Positions 1-10,416 of a stretch of DNA of 64,000 nucleotides are shown here, in pieces. Every line of letters starts with the position of its first letter. Positions within the stretch are counted from its first letter, which is position 1. Source of the stretch: Naegleria gruberi (lineage: Eukaryota). The position numbers and the translations under genes are program-made. Under the pieces are notes generated by a model. The model saw only the letters and a list, made by a program, of their open reading frames with translations, was not told where the DNA came from and searched no databases. The DNA is taken from assembly GCA_000004985.1 (NCBI GenBank), contig GG738879.1; one strand, given 5' to 3'.

Positions 1-215
1 TCTTTCGAATAATCAGCCATGGGTATTTGGAGAGCCATCTTTGGATCGAGTAGTTGGACTCTTTTGAGGTGTGCTGCTTCCAAATTGCTAGCATTGGCTT
101 TTAGTAATTGTTTGGAGGTTTTAGGGTCTTTCGGATCATTTTCGAAAAGATTATGAGATTCTCTTGAGGGAGGTCGATATATTCTTGCTGACATTACGCC
201 ATTTGTTCTAAGCAT
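1..215 (-). CDS. 5' part of a minus-strand gene running off the window start (MLRTNGVMSARIYRPPSRESHNLFENDPKDPKTSKQLLKANASNLEAAHLKRVQLLDPK...); function unknown
   Basis: The reverse complement of 1..215 is an open frame from an ATG at 213-215 with no stop before position 1. It is not in the ORF track because it is partial. No recognisable domain. Confidence 0.3.
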   Translation of the reverse strand, partial: MLRTNGVMSARIYRPPSRESHNLFENDPKDPKTSKQLLKANASNLEAAHLKRVQLLDPKMALQIPMADYSK

Positions 216-542
216 TTTATTTTAAAATTGTTGATTTCCTCAACTGAACACTGTAGAGTTGTAATGACAGTTTGATGGAGATGGTGTTATTATCTCATCT
301 TAAAAGATGTATTGGAAATTTCACCTCTATAGTTCATGACAATCTCATGCTTTCTTTGGTTTGTTGTTCTTACTATTTTCAATGACATTCATGACATATT
401 GAAAGACTGAGGGAACGTTTATGTTGGATTTTATGTTCATTTCTTGTTACGATGCAAGGTCAATAAGAGTTATTTTGCTTTGTATTATTGGGAAATTGTA
501 TCTGAACTTGAAATAGTAAATTAAACAATTAAAAGTGATTTT

Positions 543-3500
543 TTAATCAACTATGGATTCTATTGGAGGTAAAACACTATCTTCTTCTTGTTTTACCTTT
601 TTAATATTTGTATTGTCATTTGCATAAAGTCTTTCTCTCTTAATTCCACCACTTGTATCTGTCTTGTAAATTAATTGGCTTGGTGATTGAGGAATTGTTT
701 GTTGAGGTGAGGAATGAGAAGGTGAAGGATTATCATAGAAATAGGATGGAGAAAGAGATGGAAATCCTGTCATTGGGGATACTAACATATGAGGTGGTGA
801 AGGACTTGTTGGATTGGTATGATAGGAAGGACTTCTACGGTCAATTCTAGGAGAAGGAGAATTTGAGAAACTATATAATGAAGGACTTGAAGATGACATA
901 AAATTTGGAGAGGATGACATGAGTGAGGAAGATCTCTTTGGATCACTTTCACCTAAAGTAGTATTTGTAGAGGTTGGTTTTGAATAGGATGGAGGTTTTG
1001 AAACATGTTGTAAATAATCACTAGGTTGAAATAGAGAAGTAAACTTTTTAGGGGTAGTGGTGGTATTTGAAATGTTGGAATTGGAGCCAATGCTATTCAT
1101 TGTTGTTGTTGATGATTGAATTGAAGGCATTTGAGATTGTGGATAGGAAGGAACATTTGACTTGTTTGAAGAATATTGATTAGGTGATGAATAAGAGTAA
1201 GGTGGTGATAAATTTGGCGATCGGCCTCCAAGTGGAGATGAATGGTGATGAGCAGGTGGACTTAGACCAGTACCACTAGCAATACTACTTGTTAAAATTT
1301 CTTGACTTGCAGATCTGTGAAGTGAAGCCATATTGTGTAGTGATGATGATTGAGTTGATTTTGGAGGTGGGTTCATCAGAGTATCAGATGCACTTGGATA
1401 ACAATTTGAAAGAGATGAATTATTATTAGCAGTGAGCAGAGAACCATGATGAATATTAGTGTTCATATTGCTATTTCCAATATTTCCAATAAGGTTTTGT
1501 GGAATATTCATCAAGTTATTATTACTGGACATGCTTGGTGGCATGTTACTACCCATCATATTATTTGGAATAGTATTAGGAATATTATTCATCATGTTAG
1601 GAGGCATTCCAGATGACATGTTATTTTGCATATTTGTAATATTGTTTGGAATACCATTTGGCATACCATTCATACCGTTTGATATGTTACTTGACATATT
1701 ACTTGGCATACTATTCATATTGTTTGGCATGTTATTTGGAATAGTATTTGGCATACTGCTCATTATATAATTATTAGGATTTTGATTGTAATTCAACACC
1801 TTATGAGATGCACTTGTTAGAATGTTATCATTTACATTCACTGATGATGGAGGCATCATATTTGGTATGTTTGGTTTCAGTTTTGATGCTGATTGAACAC
1901 TATTACTTGACGATACTCTAGACATTGGTTGTTTAGTTTCTTGATAAGAACTGACATTAGTGCTGGTATTGCCTGTACTTGATTGAATATTTTGGGGTGT
2001 TGTTGGCTTTGATTCTTGATTGAGGTTAATAACTGTCGATGAAGATTTGCTTTGCTTTGCTTTCTTTTCCGTTGTTTGTGATGCAACAATTGCACCATCT
2101 GATTCACTCAGTAAAGGATGGTTATGCGTTCCAAGACAAAGTAATAATCTTCTGTTATCAGCCTTATCAAGTGGTACATAGAAATGTAACTTGAAAGGAC
2201 ACTTTCCACTCTTTGTCAATGAATTATTGTTATGTTTCTGACAAGTGTGAAATCTCAATCTACATGGTCTAACAATACACGATTCACTGTCATCATCCTT
2301 GTGAGGACAATAATAAACACCCTGACATGTTCTTTCATAATGCATTACTTTACAATTCAAATAACTACAATGAACTTTCTTTTGAGTGGATGGAGTGCCA
2401 AATGAATAAGCAATCTTATCATAAAAACTATTCTTATCTGTCCAATTCTCAACATTGTAAATGTATAAAATTCCATGTTTTGGATATTCTACAGGTTCGT
2501 TTGGTGTTACACTTGTATCTGCTCGAATATTTCTAGTAATTTTAATTCCACCTTTTTGCCCTGCTTCTTGAGAAGCATCTCCTCCGGTTTCCTCTTCATT
2601 TGGCTGAGAATCCACTGCAGTTGCAGTTGGTTGTTGTTGGCTATTAGTAGGACTGGTTTCAGGTTTTACAAGTGTTGGTTGAACTATGGTTGTTTGTTGT
2701 ATTGTCCATTTTGGTTGGGTATTATTTTGGGCTTTTACCATTGTGGGCGTTGTAAACGAAATGGGTGTTGCTGAAGTGGAATTTTGCACTAGGACTCTGG
2801 AACCAACACTTGGATTGGATGATTGTTGCATGGCAGTTGTAGTTGAAGGTAGAGGAGTAGAATTTGGTGCATGTTTCATAGCATTGCCATTGTCATTATT
2901 GGAAAGTCGAAAGAAACTATTCACAGAGAATATATTATCTCCATCAACAATACGAGTTGGTGTTGGAGTGGAAGAATTTTGTAATTGGTGTTGAAGTGGT
3001 GTTTGATTCTGTTGAATGATCAATGCATCAGACGAAACTAAATTATTAGATGAATTATTTTGCACGTGATGATGAGATGTATCAATGGATTGATTACCCA
3101 TCATGACTTGGTAATTACTACCATTAAGATTATTCATATTATTATTGTTGCTATTGGTATTATTAAAATTGGAAGAAAGTTGATTATAGGATTGATTAGA
3201 TGACATTGGATAATTATTGTTCATCATGTTAGTATTGATTTGTTGCTGCATTAAACTATTGAACATGTTTTGTTGTTGATTATTATATAAACCCTGATGA
3301 TGATTATTCGAATTCCCTGTATTAAACCCAACAGAGTTATTGCCAAGTTGTTGCTGTTGTTGTGGAATATGATAACCTGACCCTCCGTGTTGTTGTTGTG
3401 GTTGAGCAACAGTTCTAAACTGTTGAGGAGGTGGTTGATGATGTTGTTGTACTACATTCCCATTACTGTTGCTAAATGTGTGTTGTTGCTGAAAATTCAT

Positions 3501-3788
3501 TGGCCATGAACTTGACACGACTTGCTGCTGATGATGGTGTAGGGAGGAAGGAGTTGTTGGACGTGATGATGTTGTTGCATAGAGATTATTAGAGGTAACA
3601 GAATTGTTATTGGTAGTGGAGACTGTCATCATCATGTTGGTATTATTATTATTATGGACTCCTACTGCAGTAATTTGATTAGTAATTGGTAAATTAGAGG
3701 ATTGTGGTGATGGTGAATTTGTTATTATTTGTTGTTGATGTTGATAGAGATTATGACCAGTATGTTGCTGGTTCTGCATATTTATCAA
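543..3788 (-). CDS. Q/N/S-rich nuclear protein with a divergent WRKY/GCM1-fold zinc-finger domain; putative transcription factor
   Basis: 1081-aa ORF with poly-Q, poly-N and NMPNN-type repeats. The central segment W-TDKNSFYDK...C-SYLN-C-KVMHYER...(Cys-rich insert)...RRLLLCLGTHNHPL matches the WRKY pattern W..K(9-10)C-x4-C-x3-HxER ... HNH, with the WRKYGQK heptad replaced. Confidence 0.5.
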   Translation of the reverse strand: MINMQNQQHTGHNLYQHQQQIITNSPSPQSSNLPITNQITAVGVHNNNNTNMMMTVSTTNNNSVTSNNLYATTSSRPTTPSSLHHHQQQVVSSSWPMNFQQQHTFSNSNGNVVQQHHQPPPQQFRTVAQPQQQHGGSGYHIPQQQQQLGNNSVGFNTGNSNNHHQGLYNNQQQNMFNSLMQQQINTNMMNNNYPMSSNQSYNQLSSNFNNTNSNNNNMNNLNGSNYQVMMGNQSIDTSHHHVQNNSSNNLVSSDALIIQQNQTPLQHQLQNSSTPTPTRIVDGDNIFSVNSFFRLSNNDNGNAMKHAPNSTPLPSTTTAMQQSSNPSVGSRVLVQNSTSATPISFTTPTMVKAQNNTQPKWTIQQTTIVQPTLVKPETSPTNSQQQPTATAVDSQPNEEETGGDASQEAGQKGGIKITRNIRADTSVTPNEPVEYPKHGILYIYNVENWTDKNSFYDKIAYSFGTPSTQKKVHCSYLNCKVMHYERTCQGVYYCPHKDDDSESCIVRPCRLRFHTCQKHNNNSLTKSGKCPFKLHFYVPLDKADNRRLLLCLGTHNHPLLSESDGAIVASQTTEKKAKQSKSSSTVINLNQESKPTTPQNIQSSTGNTSTNVSSYQETKQPMSRVSSSNSVQSASKLKPNIPNMMPPSSVNVNDNILTSASHKVLNYNQNPNNYIMSSMPNTIPNNMPNNMNSMPSNMSSNISNGMNGMPNGIPNNITNMQNNMSSGMPPNMMNNIPNTIPNNMMGSNMPPSMSSNNNLMNIPQNLIGNIGNSNMNTNIHHGSLLTANNNSSLSNCYPSASDTLMNPPPKSTQSSSLHNMASLHRSASQEILTSSIASGTGLSPPAHHHSSPLGGRSPNLSPPYSYSSPNQYSSNKSNVPSYPQSQMPSIQSSTTTMNSIGSNSNISNTTTTPKKFTSLFQPSDYLQHVSKPPSYSKPTSTNTTLGESDPKRSSSLMSSSPNFMSSSSPSLYSFSNSPSPRIDRRSPSYHTNPTSPSPPHMLVSPMTGFPSLSPSYFYDNPSPSHSSPQQTIPQSPSQLIYKTDTSGGIKRERLYANDNTNIKKVKQEEDSVLPPIESIVD

Positions 3789-5751
3789 GTAGAGGAGTGA
3801 AGGTATTATTGTTCTTGATCAACTATTAGTAGTCGTGATGGAGCAGTCGTCGCTTCCGTATTACAAATTAATTCTGATGTGGTGCCACAAGAGGGTATAA
3901 GCTTTGATATATTTCAATTAAAATTGGGTATTTGATGCATTGACTGAGTGCACTCAATTTTTGTATCTCTTATGTCTGTTGCTACTCAAATGTGTTTGTG
4001 TGTTCTTTATATTAAATTATTTGGTGCGTAATGATCTCCAACACAACACAAGAATGTGATGATATTATTTGGTGATGATAATGGTTGCTGTGACTTGTTG
4101 TGACTGCAACTCCAAATGGGAGAGGATGATGATGGTGCAGGAGGAATGAGAATCTTTACACAAAACACTTCAACTTAATCGTCCAATACTGATGGAATAA
4201 GAACGAAGAACTTGAACACTAGATGATGATGGTGCAAGACGCAGATATCTATGCTTTTCTTTTTCAAAAAGAGAATCTGACAGGAAAAGTCAACAGGAGG
4301 TCAAGAAGCTTGTGTCTCACCACTCTATGAAGTTACACCTGACTTTCAATATCTTCTAACAACTACAACTGCAAAGGAGAAGTGAGGAGTTGATTGTCTT
4401 GAGATTTTGTTTTCTGTTCAGGAATATTGTGAATGGGGTGTTATTGATGTGATGCTGTTGATGAATTACGTGTTGAACCTTTGTTGTTGGTGGAAGATGT
4501 GTAACGAACTACAGCAGGTGATGATAAATGTAAGTTGGTAATTGCTTGAGGTATGCGTGCGCATGGATCATGTGTAAGGTCTAAGAGGCATCGGTACAAA
4601 CTACCAAGCAGTTGTCTCTTAATTTTGTCCTTCTTGATACCTTGTTTGGAAAGGGTATTAGGAAATGCAGGATAAGTCCCTCAATGGACCGTGTGTTGGT
4701 GGCTGTTAAAAGCTCACACATATTGTTTACATGTTCCTTAATGTTTGGCAGATTTTGTGAGAAATAATGTTTTTAGGCATGCATAATTCTCAGTACTATT
4801 TTAGAAATGGTGACCCCAAATCTTGTATAAAATCGATTCTCCTTGTTTGTACATGGAACCTTAGACGCTATTTTGGCTTTATTCCAGCTGTATATACGTT
4901 CCAATAAAGAATGGAAAAATTACACTTGACTCACTAAAAAGTATATTAGAATTCCATTTGTGGTTGTTATTATTGAATTTAAAGAACAGCATATATGATT
5001 GGGTTGATTTTCCAATTTAATCCTTAATTTTCTGAAGTTTGAACTGTCTGTTGCATGTCATATAAAGTAGTGTCATTGCTTCAGATCCAAATATTGAACT
5101 ATTATTGTGAAGAATTTCTCACTTTGTGGATGTTCTTTCCTCAATAGTCGTCTTTATCCGTCTTCTTTTGACCAGGTTTATCCTTAGAGTTCAGTTTTCA
5201 TACTTCTTAAATAACCTAATTCCTTAACTTTTTGGATTGATTAATTTGCTCCAATTTATTGATGGTTCCTTGTGGTTTTAATACGATCTTCTGTATGTGG
5301 AATTTATAAGCATTTGCTAATCTCAAGAAAGGAGTGATGGAGGTATGTAGTTTTATTGCTTTATTGTTGCAAATTAATATCTGATCACAAATTTCTTGAT
5401 GTTCCTTATTATTATTTGGAACATCTTTTCATCTAATAAATTTCTTCTTTCTCTACAATCTTTTCCGATGATTTGACGAGATTATTTCCAGTACTCTTTG
5501 TTCATTCCTATTATTTAATTTAGAGAGAAAATGTTCTTTTCACAACTGTTTTTTTTGTTCTGTAAAATCTTCATGGTATCATGATCGGATGAAATTCTCT
5601 TTTTAATAAATTGATCCTCTTTGAGTTAATAATTGGAAAGGCCATCAGAGAAAATAAGAAGTAATTTCTGCTAGTATTTCTACTCCATTTGAAATACTAC
5701 AGCTCAAAGAAGAGAAAAGGCGCGAATTAAAAAATAATATTAAATAAAAAA

Positions 5752-6294
5752 ATGAGTCAACAACAAACTAGTGCTGAATCAACAACCCTCGTCGAAAAAG
5801 TAACCAAGTTCATCGTATCACCAGTATCTCTTGCTGTGATTTCTGTTGCTGGTGTTGCTGGAGCATATTTATTATATAAGAAATTTTCGCCAAAGAAAAA
5901 GACAAGTTCGATAACTGGTGATGATTATAGTGATACTTCTTCTGATAGCGATTCTGATAGTGATTCTGATGAAGAAGAAGTCGAAATCAAGGATTTCACT
6001 CTTGATGAATTACACACATTTGATGGTGTTATCAATCCAAAAGTTTATGTTAGTGTTTTAGGTAGTGTTTTTGATGTTACCGGAAGTGGATTTTATGGTC
6101 CTGGAGAAACCTACTCTCTTTATGCTGGACATGATGCTTCATTTGCCTTGGCAACTAATGACGTCACTGCCACCAACTTGGATAAATTGGATCTTTCTGA
6201 ATTGAAGGCAAACGAATTGGATCATTTACAATCCATGGTTGAACACTTTAGAATGAAGTATTTACATGTTGGTAACTTGCTGGAAATGCAATAA
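5752..6294 (+). CDS. Membrane-associated progesterone receptor component / Dap1-like cytochrome b5-type heme-steroid-binding protein (PGRMC family)
   Basis: N-terminal TM helix, acidic SDSDSD linker, then FTLDELHTFDG...VFDVTGSGFYGPGETYSLYAGHDASFALATN...HFRMKYLHVG, which tracks the PGRMC1/Dap1 cyt-b5-like domain closely. Confidence 0.85.
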   Translation: MSQQQTSAESTTLVEKVTKFIVSPVSLAVISVAGVAGAYLLYKKFSPKKKTSSITGDDYSDTSSDSDSDSDSDEEEVEIKDFTLDELHTFDGVINPKVYVSVLGSVFDVTGSGFYGPGETYSLYAGHDASFALATNDVTATNLDKLDLSELKANELDHLQSMVEHFRMKYLHVGNLLEMQ

Positions 6295-6668
6295 AAAAAC
6301 TAAAATTTCTTCATGTGTAGGTTGTTATTAATTTGCTTACATGTTGAGCTTTCCCGATGCTCATTTCTGAATTGAATTAGAGTTTAAATTCTTGAATGTG
6401 AAATGTATTAATGTTAAAAATGGCTTACACACAAATTTGTTAAGCGACATGTCTTGACAATTCATAATATACTATCTTTGTATGAAATTGAAGATTTCAC
6501 AAGCTGTTGAAATAGAAATTGAAATATTGTGTTGGTACTAATCAGTAACAAATATTTTTGTTAGGTAGAACAAAATTCATTTTTCCGTCCTTTCATTGTG
6601 TGACGAGATTTCAATCTATTTTAATCAAAAAAAAATACCATCACACCTAATATTAATTGGTTAGCAAC

Positions 6669-8264
6669 ATGTTGGCAACTACAACAACTATAGCAGATAT
6701 TCAACCAACTACAACAAGTAGAAAAAGAAGATTTTTCAAGAGAAATTCATCAATAACACCAAGTGTTTCTTCTTTGGGAGATACTGATTCAAATCGCAAT
6801 AGTGGGAGTATAGATCAACAAGAAACAATTCCACAAGTTGTTCAACAGCCAGAGTTGACTTCTTCAAAAAAGGCAAAGAAAAACAGAAGGTTTATTAAGA
6901 AGCAAAAAAAGAAATCCACCTCCACCACCACTCCAAAAACTCCAAAGAAATCAGAAACCACCAAAAAGAGAAAAAGAAACAATGAATCAAAATTAGATAA
7001 GGACAAGAATCCAAAAGAAGCAACTATCAAAGAAAACAATGGAAATAATGAAATGATTCTTTTAGCAAAGAAAGCCAAATTGATTCTCTCAAAAATCAAC
7101 AACACACCACTACTCATTCCAGAACAAAAACCCATCACTGAGAAATTCAAAGTAGAAGGTGAAATATCAATCAATGGTAGTTTTAATACCAATTCTCAAG
7201 TGAGAGATGATCTATTCATTGAAACTCTGTTGAAGAACAATCATCAAAAGATTCCAGAAGAAGGTGTGGTATGGCCACGAATTCGTAAAATAATTGCAAC
7301 ATGTTACAATGGACACATGCTAAATGGGAAGAAATTCTTCTCTGGAGAGGATGTTTGCGTTGCCTCATTACTCAACTGGTTGATTGAGCTGGTACCTGAG
7401 TTTTCCAGTTCCAATGTAGAAATATTCAAGATGGAGAGGCATTCATTGAGAAAGGCAGAAACGACAAGAGTATCTCTGGTTTTGAATATGTCCAATTTCT
7501 CTCTGTCATTTGACGGAATTTCGAAACATGATTTTGAAATTGCTGCCAAGCTGGTCGAATTATTGACCCAGTTGTTTTATTCGAATTTGAAACATTTAAT
7601 TGTAATTGGTATTGAAAAACGCCATTCTCTCTTTACCAAATTTATGGAAAAGGATACAAATATTCCATTATCTATCAAGGAGAGAATATGTAAGTTAATA
7701 TTAGAAAATAATAGTGGAATGATATCTCTTGAGTTGTATCCGAAACTTGCAAAGGAATTCAAGAATTATTCCAAATTACTTGCTTGTTTCTTTGCTATAA
7801 AACAAGATGAATTCAGACACTTTAGTTTGAATAAGGGAGATGTTTCAAAGTGGCCATGTTTCGCCAAGTATTCCCTTTTCAAACATGTTTTTTCATTGGC
7901 AATGAAAGAATCAGAAGTTTGTTCATTCCTCCAACTATATTTCCAGTTAAAGAAGGAATCAAATTTAGCCAAAATGGTTCAAAATCAACTCAAAATTTTG
8001 AGAAAAGGAAATTCTGATGGTGAATCCACTTTTGAATTGTGTATTATTTATTTGATTCTAAAAGCATCCAAGAAAATTAGAGAAAATTCCAAAGAAGAAA
8101 CTAATGAATTGAAATTATCCATTCAAGAATTTCAAGATTGTAAAGAGTTTTTAGTGAATGAATATGATAGCATCATTGAAAACTCACCAACTTATCAATA
8201 CAAGAAATGTGATGCGATTTTTGGCATTAAAATGATTAGAAAATTGAGAAAGTTTATCGAATAA
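6669..8264 (+). CDS. Hypothetical protein with a basic, NLS-like K/R-rich N-terminal region
   Basis: Long ORF; the track start 6657 is TTG, the first ATG is at 6669. KKAKKNRRFIKKQKKK and KKRKRNNESK basic clusters. No recognised domain. Confidence 0.5.
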   Translation: MLATTTTIADIQPTTTSRKRRFFKRNSSITPSVSSLGDTDSNRNSGSIDQQETIPQVVQQPELTSSKKAKKNRRFIKKQKKKSTSTTTPKTPKKSETTKKRKRNNESKLDKDKNPKEATIKENNGNNEMILLAKKAKLILSKINNTPLLIPEQKPITEKFKVEGEISINGSFNTNSQVRDDLFIETLLKNNHQKIPEEGVVWPRIRKIIATCYNGHMLNGKKFFSGEDVCVASLLNWLIELVPEFSSSNVEIFKMERHSLRKAETTRVSLVLNMSNFSLSFDGISKHDFEIAAKLVELLTQLFYSNLKHLIVIGIEKRHSLFTKFMEKDTNIPLSIKERICKLILENNSGMISLELYPKLAKEFKNYSKLLACFFAIKQDEFRHFSLNKGDVSKWPCFAKYSLFKHVFSLAMKESEVCSFLQLYFQLKKESNLAKMVQNQLKILRKGNSDGESTFELCIIYLILKASKKIRENSKEETNELKLSIQEFQDCKEFLVNEYDSIIENSPTYQYKKCDAIFGIKMIRKLRKFIE

Positions 8265-9111
8265 GCAAAAACCAATTTCTTGTAATATTTATTAAATAAA
8301 AGTATCTTTATTGTAAAATCTGGATAATTTCTTTCTTTCTCTACAATTGTATGTGTAAATGAATGAATACCAAGCTGTTTCCTGAGTCTTTGGAACTATA
8401 CTTCCCCTTTTCGAGATATCTTTGCAATTCCATTCCTTTTCAAATTCATGTCGTTGTTTGTGCTCCTGTGATGATGCTGAAGATGATGATGATGTCTTGC
8501 TTAATTGCAACAATGACTCAATGTTAGTAGTACTCTAAAATTGTTGTTGGGTCATTTTCTCAATGGGCACCTTTTACAATTTGCCCAAAATGAATGTTGT
8601 CTTGTCTTGGGGTGTGTCCTAATGATTTTTAATTTGGTTTTGCTGTATTGGAGTGTACTTGTTTGTAAAGAATATTTTCTTTATTAAGCGAATTTTTGTG
8701 AATCCCACAAATGACAGTAAAGAAGGTTCATATTAAGACCATATCACATCTGTCTGCAGCCAATTATTCAATATATTAAGACTCTCCTAATATTAAGGAG
8801 AGTCTGATATCGTTATCATAATTTTGAAAACTATCAATATCCAGTCAAGTGTTTTTCATTCCGATGATTAGAATATTCCACATAATATGGTGGAGAACAT
8901 GTTTGAAACACACTACTGTGTGCAAACCTTATATTACAGCAGGCAGGGAGAATTTATTGAGGAGGAGAAGGGAAAGGACAATTTCAAAGAAGCACACAAT
9001 TCAATGTGTGAACAAATAAGATCTTAACGGAAAAATTAAAGAGAGGACAAGATTGATACTATATTATTTTGATTCACTCAAATTGTGTCTATATTAAAAC
9101 ATTGTTCTTAT

Positions 9112-9693
9112 CTAAAAGTGTAATGCTCTGTAGCCATCTTGATGTTTCTCCTCAATGAGATTGAATATTGTGGAGAGAAGGAGAGGAAGGCAGCATCCAA
9201 AACAGTCAGCACAACACATGAGAGGACTCAACACAAATTGAGTAATGATGAATGAATGAAGACTTTCGAATAGTTCCCTATTTCTTATATTACATTCGCC
9301 AGAGTATGTTAATGAAGCAAGGGTTATCAGAACTATAATTAAAACTCCCCATAATAAGAAGGAACAACAACGAAATATTATTTGACAAGGTCTATTCTCA
9401 TGTTTCTTCTCCTCACTGGAATGTGTTCGAATAGAAAAGTAGAAACGATCCACGTATATTCCAATGAGTGCCATGAATAAATTCACTGCCAATAATAAAC
9501 CAATTGAAGAAAGTGATAAAACTAATTTTGAAATTGTATTTGCTTTGCATTGTAACGAGTCAACCATTGTAATGTCTGATGTTTTCAAATAAATATAAAC
9601 TCCCCAGAGCGAAATTCCCAAAACTAAAATCATTGAAATCATCAAATCAATACTCATTAATCCAATCCCTTTCCATCCTTTAAATATTTTCAT
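9112..9693 (-). CDS. Small four-TM cysteine-rich membrane protein (paralog A); juxtamembrane CCADCFGCC motif, conserved C-terminal DGYRALH tail
   Basis: 193-aa ORF with four hydrophobic helices. The CC..C..CC cluster in TM4 is a likely palmitoylation site. Its C-terminal half is paralogous to ORF 9709..9975. Confidence 0.55.
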   Translation of the reverse strand: MKIFKGWKGIGLMSIDLMISMILVLGISLWGVYIYLKTSDITMVDSLQCKANTISKLVLSLSSIGLLLAVNLFMALIGIYVDRFYFSIRTHSSEEKKHENRPCQIIFRCCSFLLWGVLIIVLITLASLTYSGECNIRNRELFESLHSFIITQFVLSPLMCCADCFGCCLPLLLSTIFNLIEEKHQDGYRALHF

Positions 9694-9708
9694 TTTTTAT
9701 TCTAAAGT

Positions 9709-10237
9709 TCAGTGATGAAGTGCCTTGTATCCTTCGTTAGATCTTTCTTGTTCCAAATTCTTAATAAACGAACCGAAACAACATGTTGTACAACAACCAC
9801 CACAAATCAAACAAACCAAAACAAGCATCATTACAAATTGAGTTATCAAAAATGGATGTAAATCATTGTAAAATTCCACAATAGTACTTTTACAGTCTGA
9901 TTGATAATTTAGAACTGAAATGGAAATTAAAACTGAAAAGGAAGCAAATCCAGCAATGAAATTCCAACACCTCACAAATAAACTTGTTACTTTGACATTG
10001 GAATCATCACCTGATAAGACAGTATTTATCTAAGAGTGTTCCAAATATTGAACAAATGCATAAAACTGCAGAAACATAGCATAATGTATTGTAGGTCAAT
10101 AAAAGTTGAGAAATTGTTCTGCCTTGACACTTGTCAGACAGATTAGTGGCATTCATTGAAAAATTTCCATGTATTACAAGTCCCCAAGTTCCCATTCCAA
10201 TAAGAATTAAAAAAGATATGATGGAATCCAAGCTCAA
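9709..10237 (-). CDS. Small four-TM cysteine-rich membrane protein (paralog B), two exons: complement(join(9709..9970,10011..10237))
   Basis: ORFs 10007..10237 and 9709..9975 correspond to the N- and C-terminal halves of paralog A. A 40-nt GTGATG...GAG intron at 9971..10010 joins them in frame (489 nt, 162 aa). GGCCTTCCF and EGYKALHH motifs mirror gene A. Confidence 0.5.
9971..10010 (-). other. Spliceosomal intron (40 nt) in four-TM paralog B
   Basis: GT...AG on the minus strand. Removing it restores the frame between the two ORFs and the similarity to paralog A. Confidence 0.45.
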
Positions 10238-10416
10238 TATGCTAATTTCAAGTTAGCTTTCGTTGTATTTCTAGTTAAAAAACTAAACCTACCTAATTCC
10301 AAGTAATTTCAATTTTTGCATTTTTTCTTCTACTATTTTGTATTCTTATGAAAGGTATTGATGTTTTATTTTGTAAGTTTTCAATCGGTTTTAGTGTTGA
10401 TTTACTATCAACCAAG

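Noticed and set aside
1459-1770. Plus-strand ORF 1459..1770 and similar alternative-frame or antisense ORFs nested inside long genes (for example 2327..2994, 11290..11584, 13883..14128, 24552..24959, 25359..25880, 46907..47200, 61223..61421).
   Set aside because: They lie entirely within well-supported CDSs on the other strand or in another frame, and their composition (F/I/L-rich or simple repeats) is what antisense translation of N/Q-rich codons produces. They are spurious.
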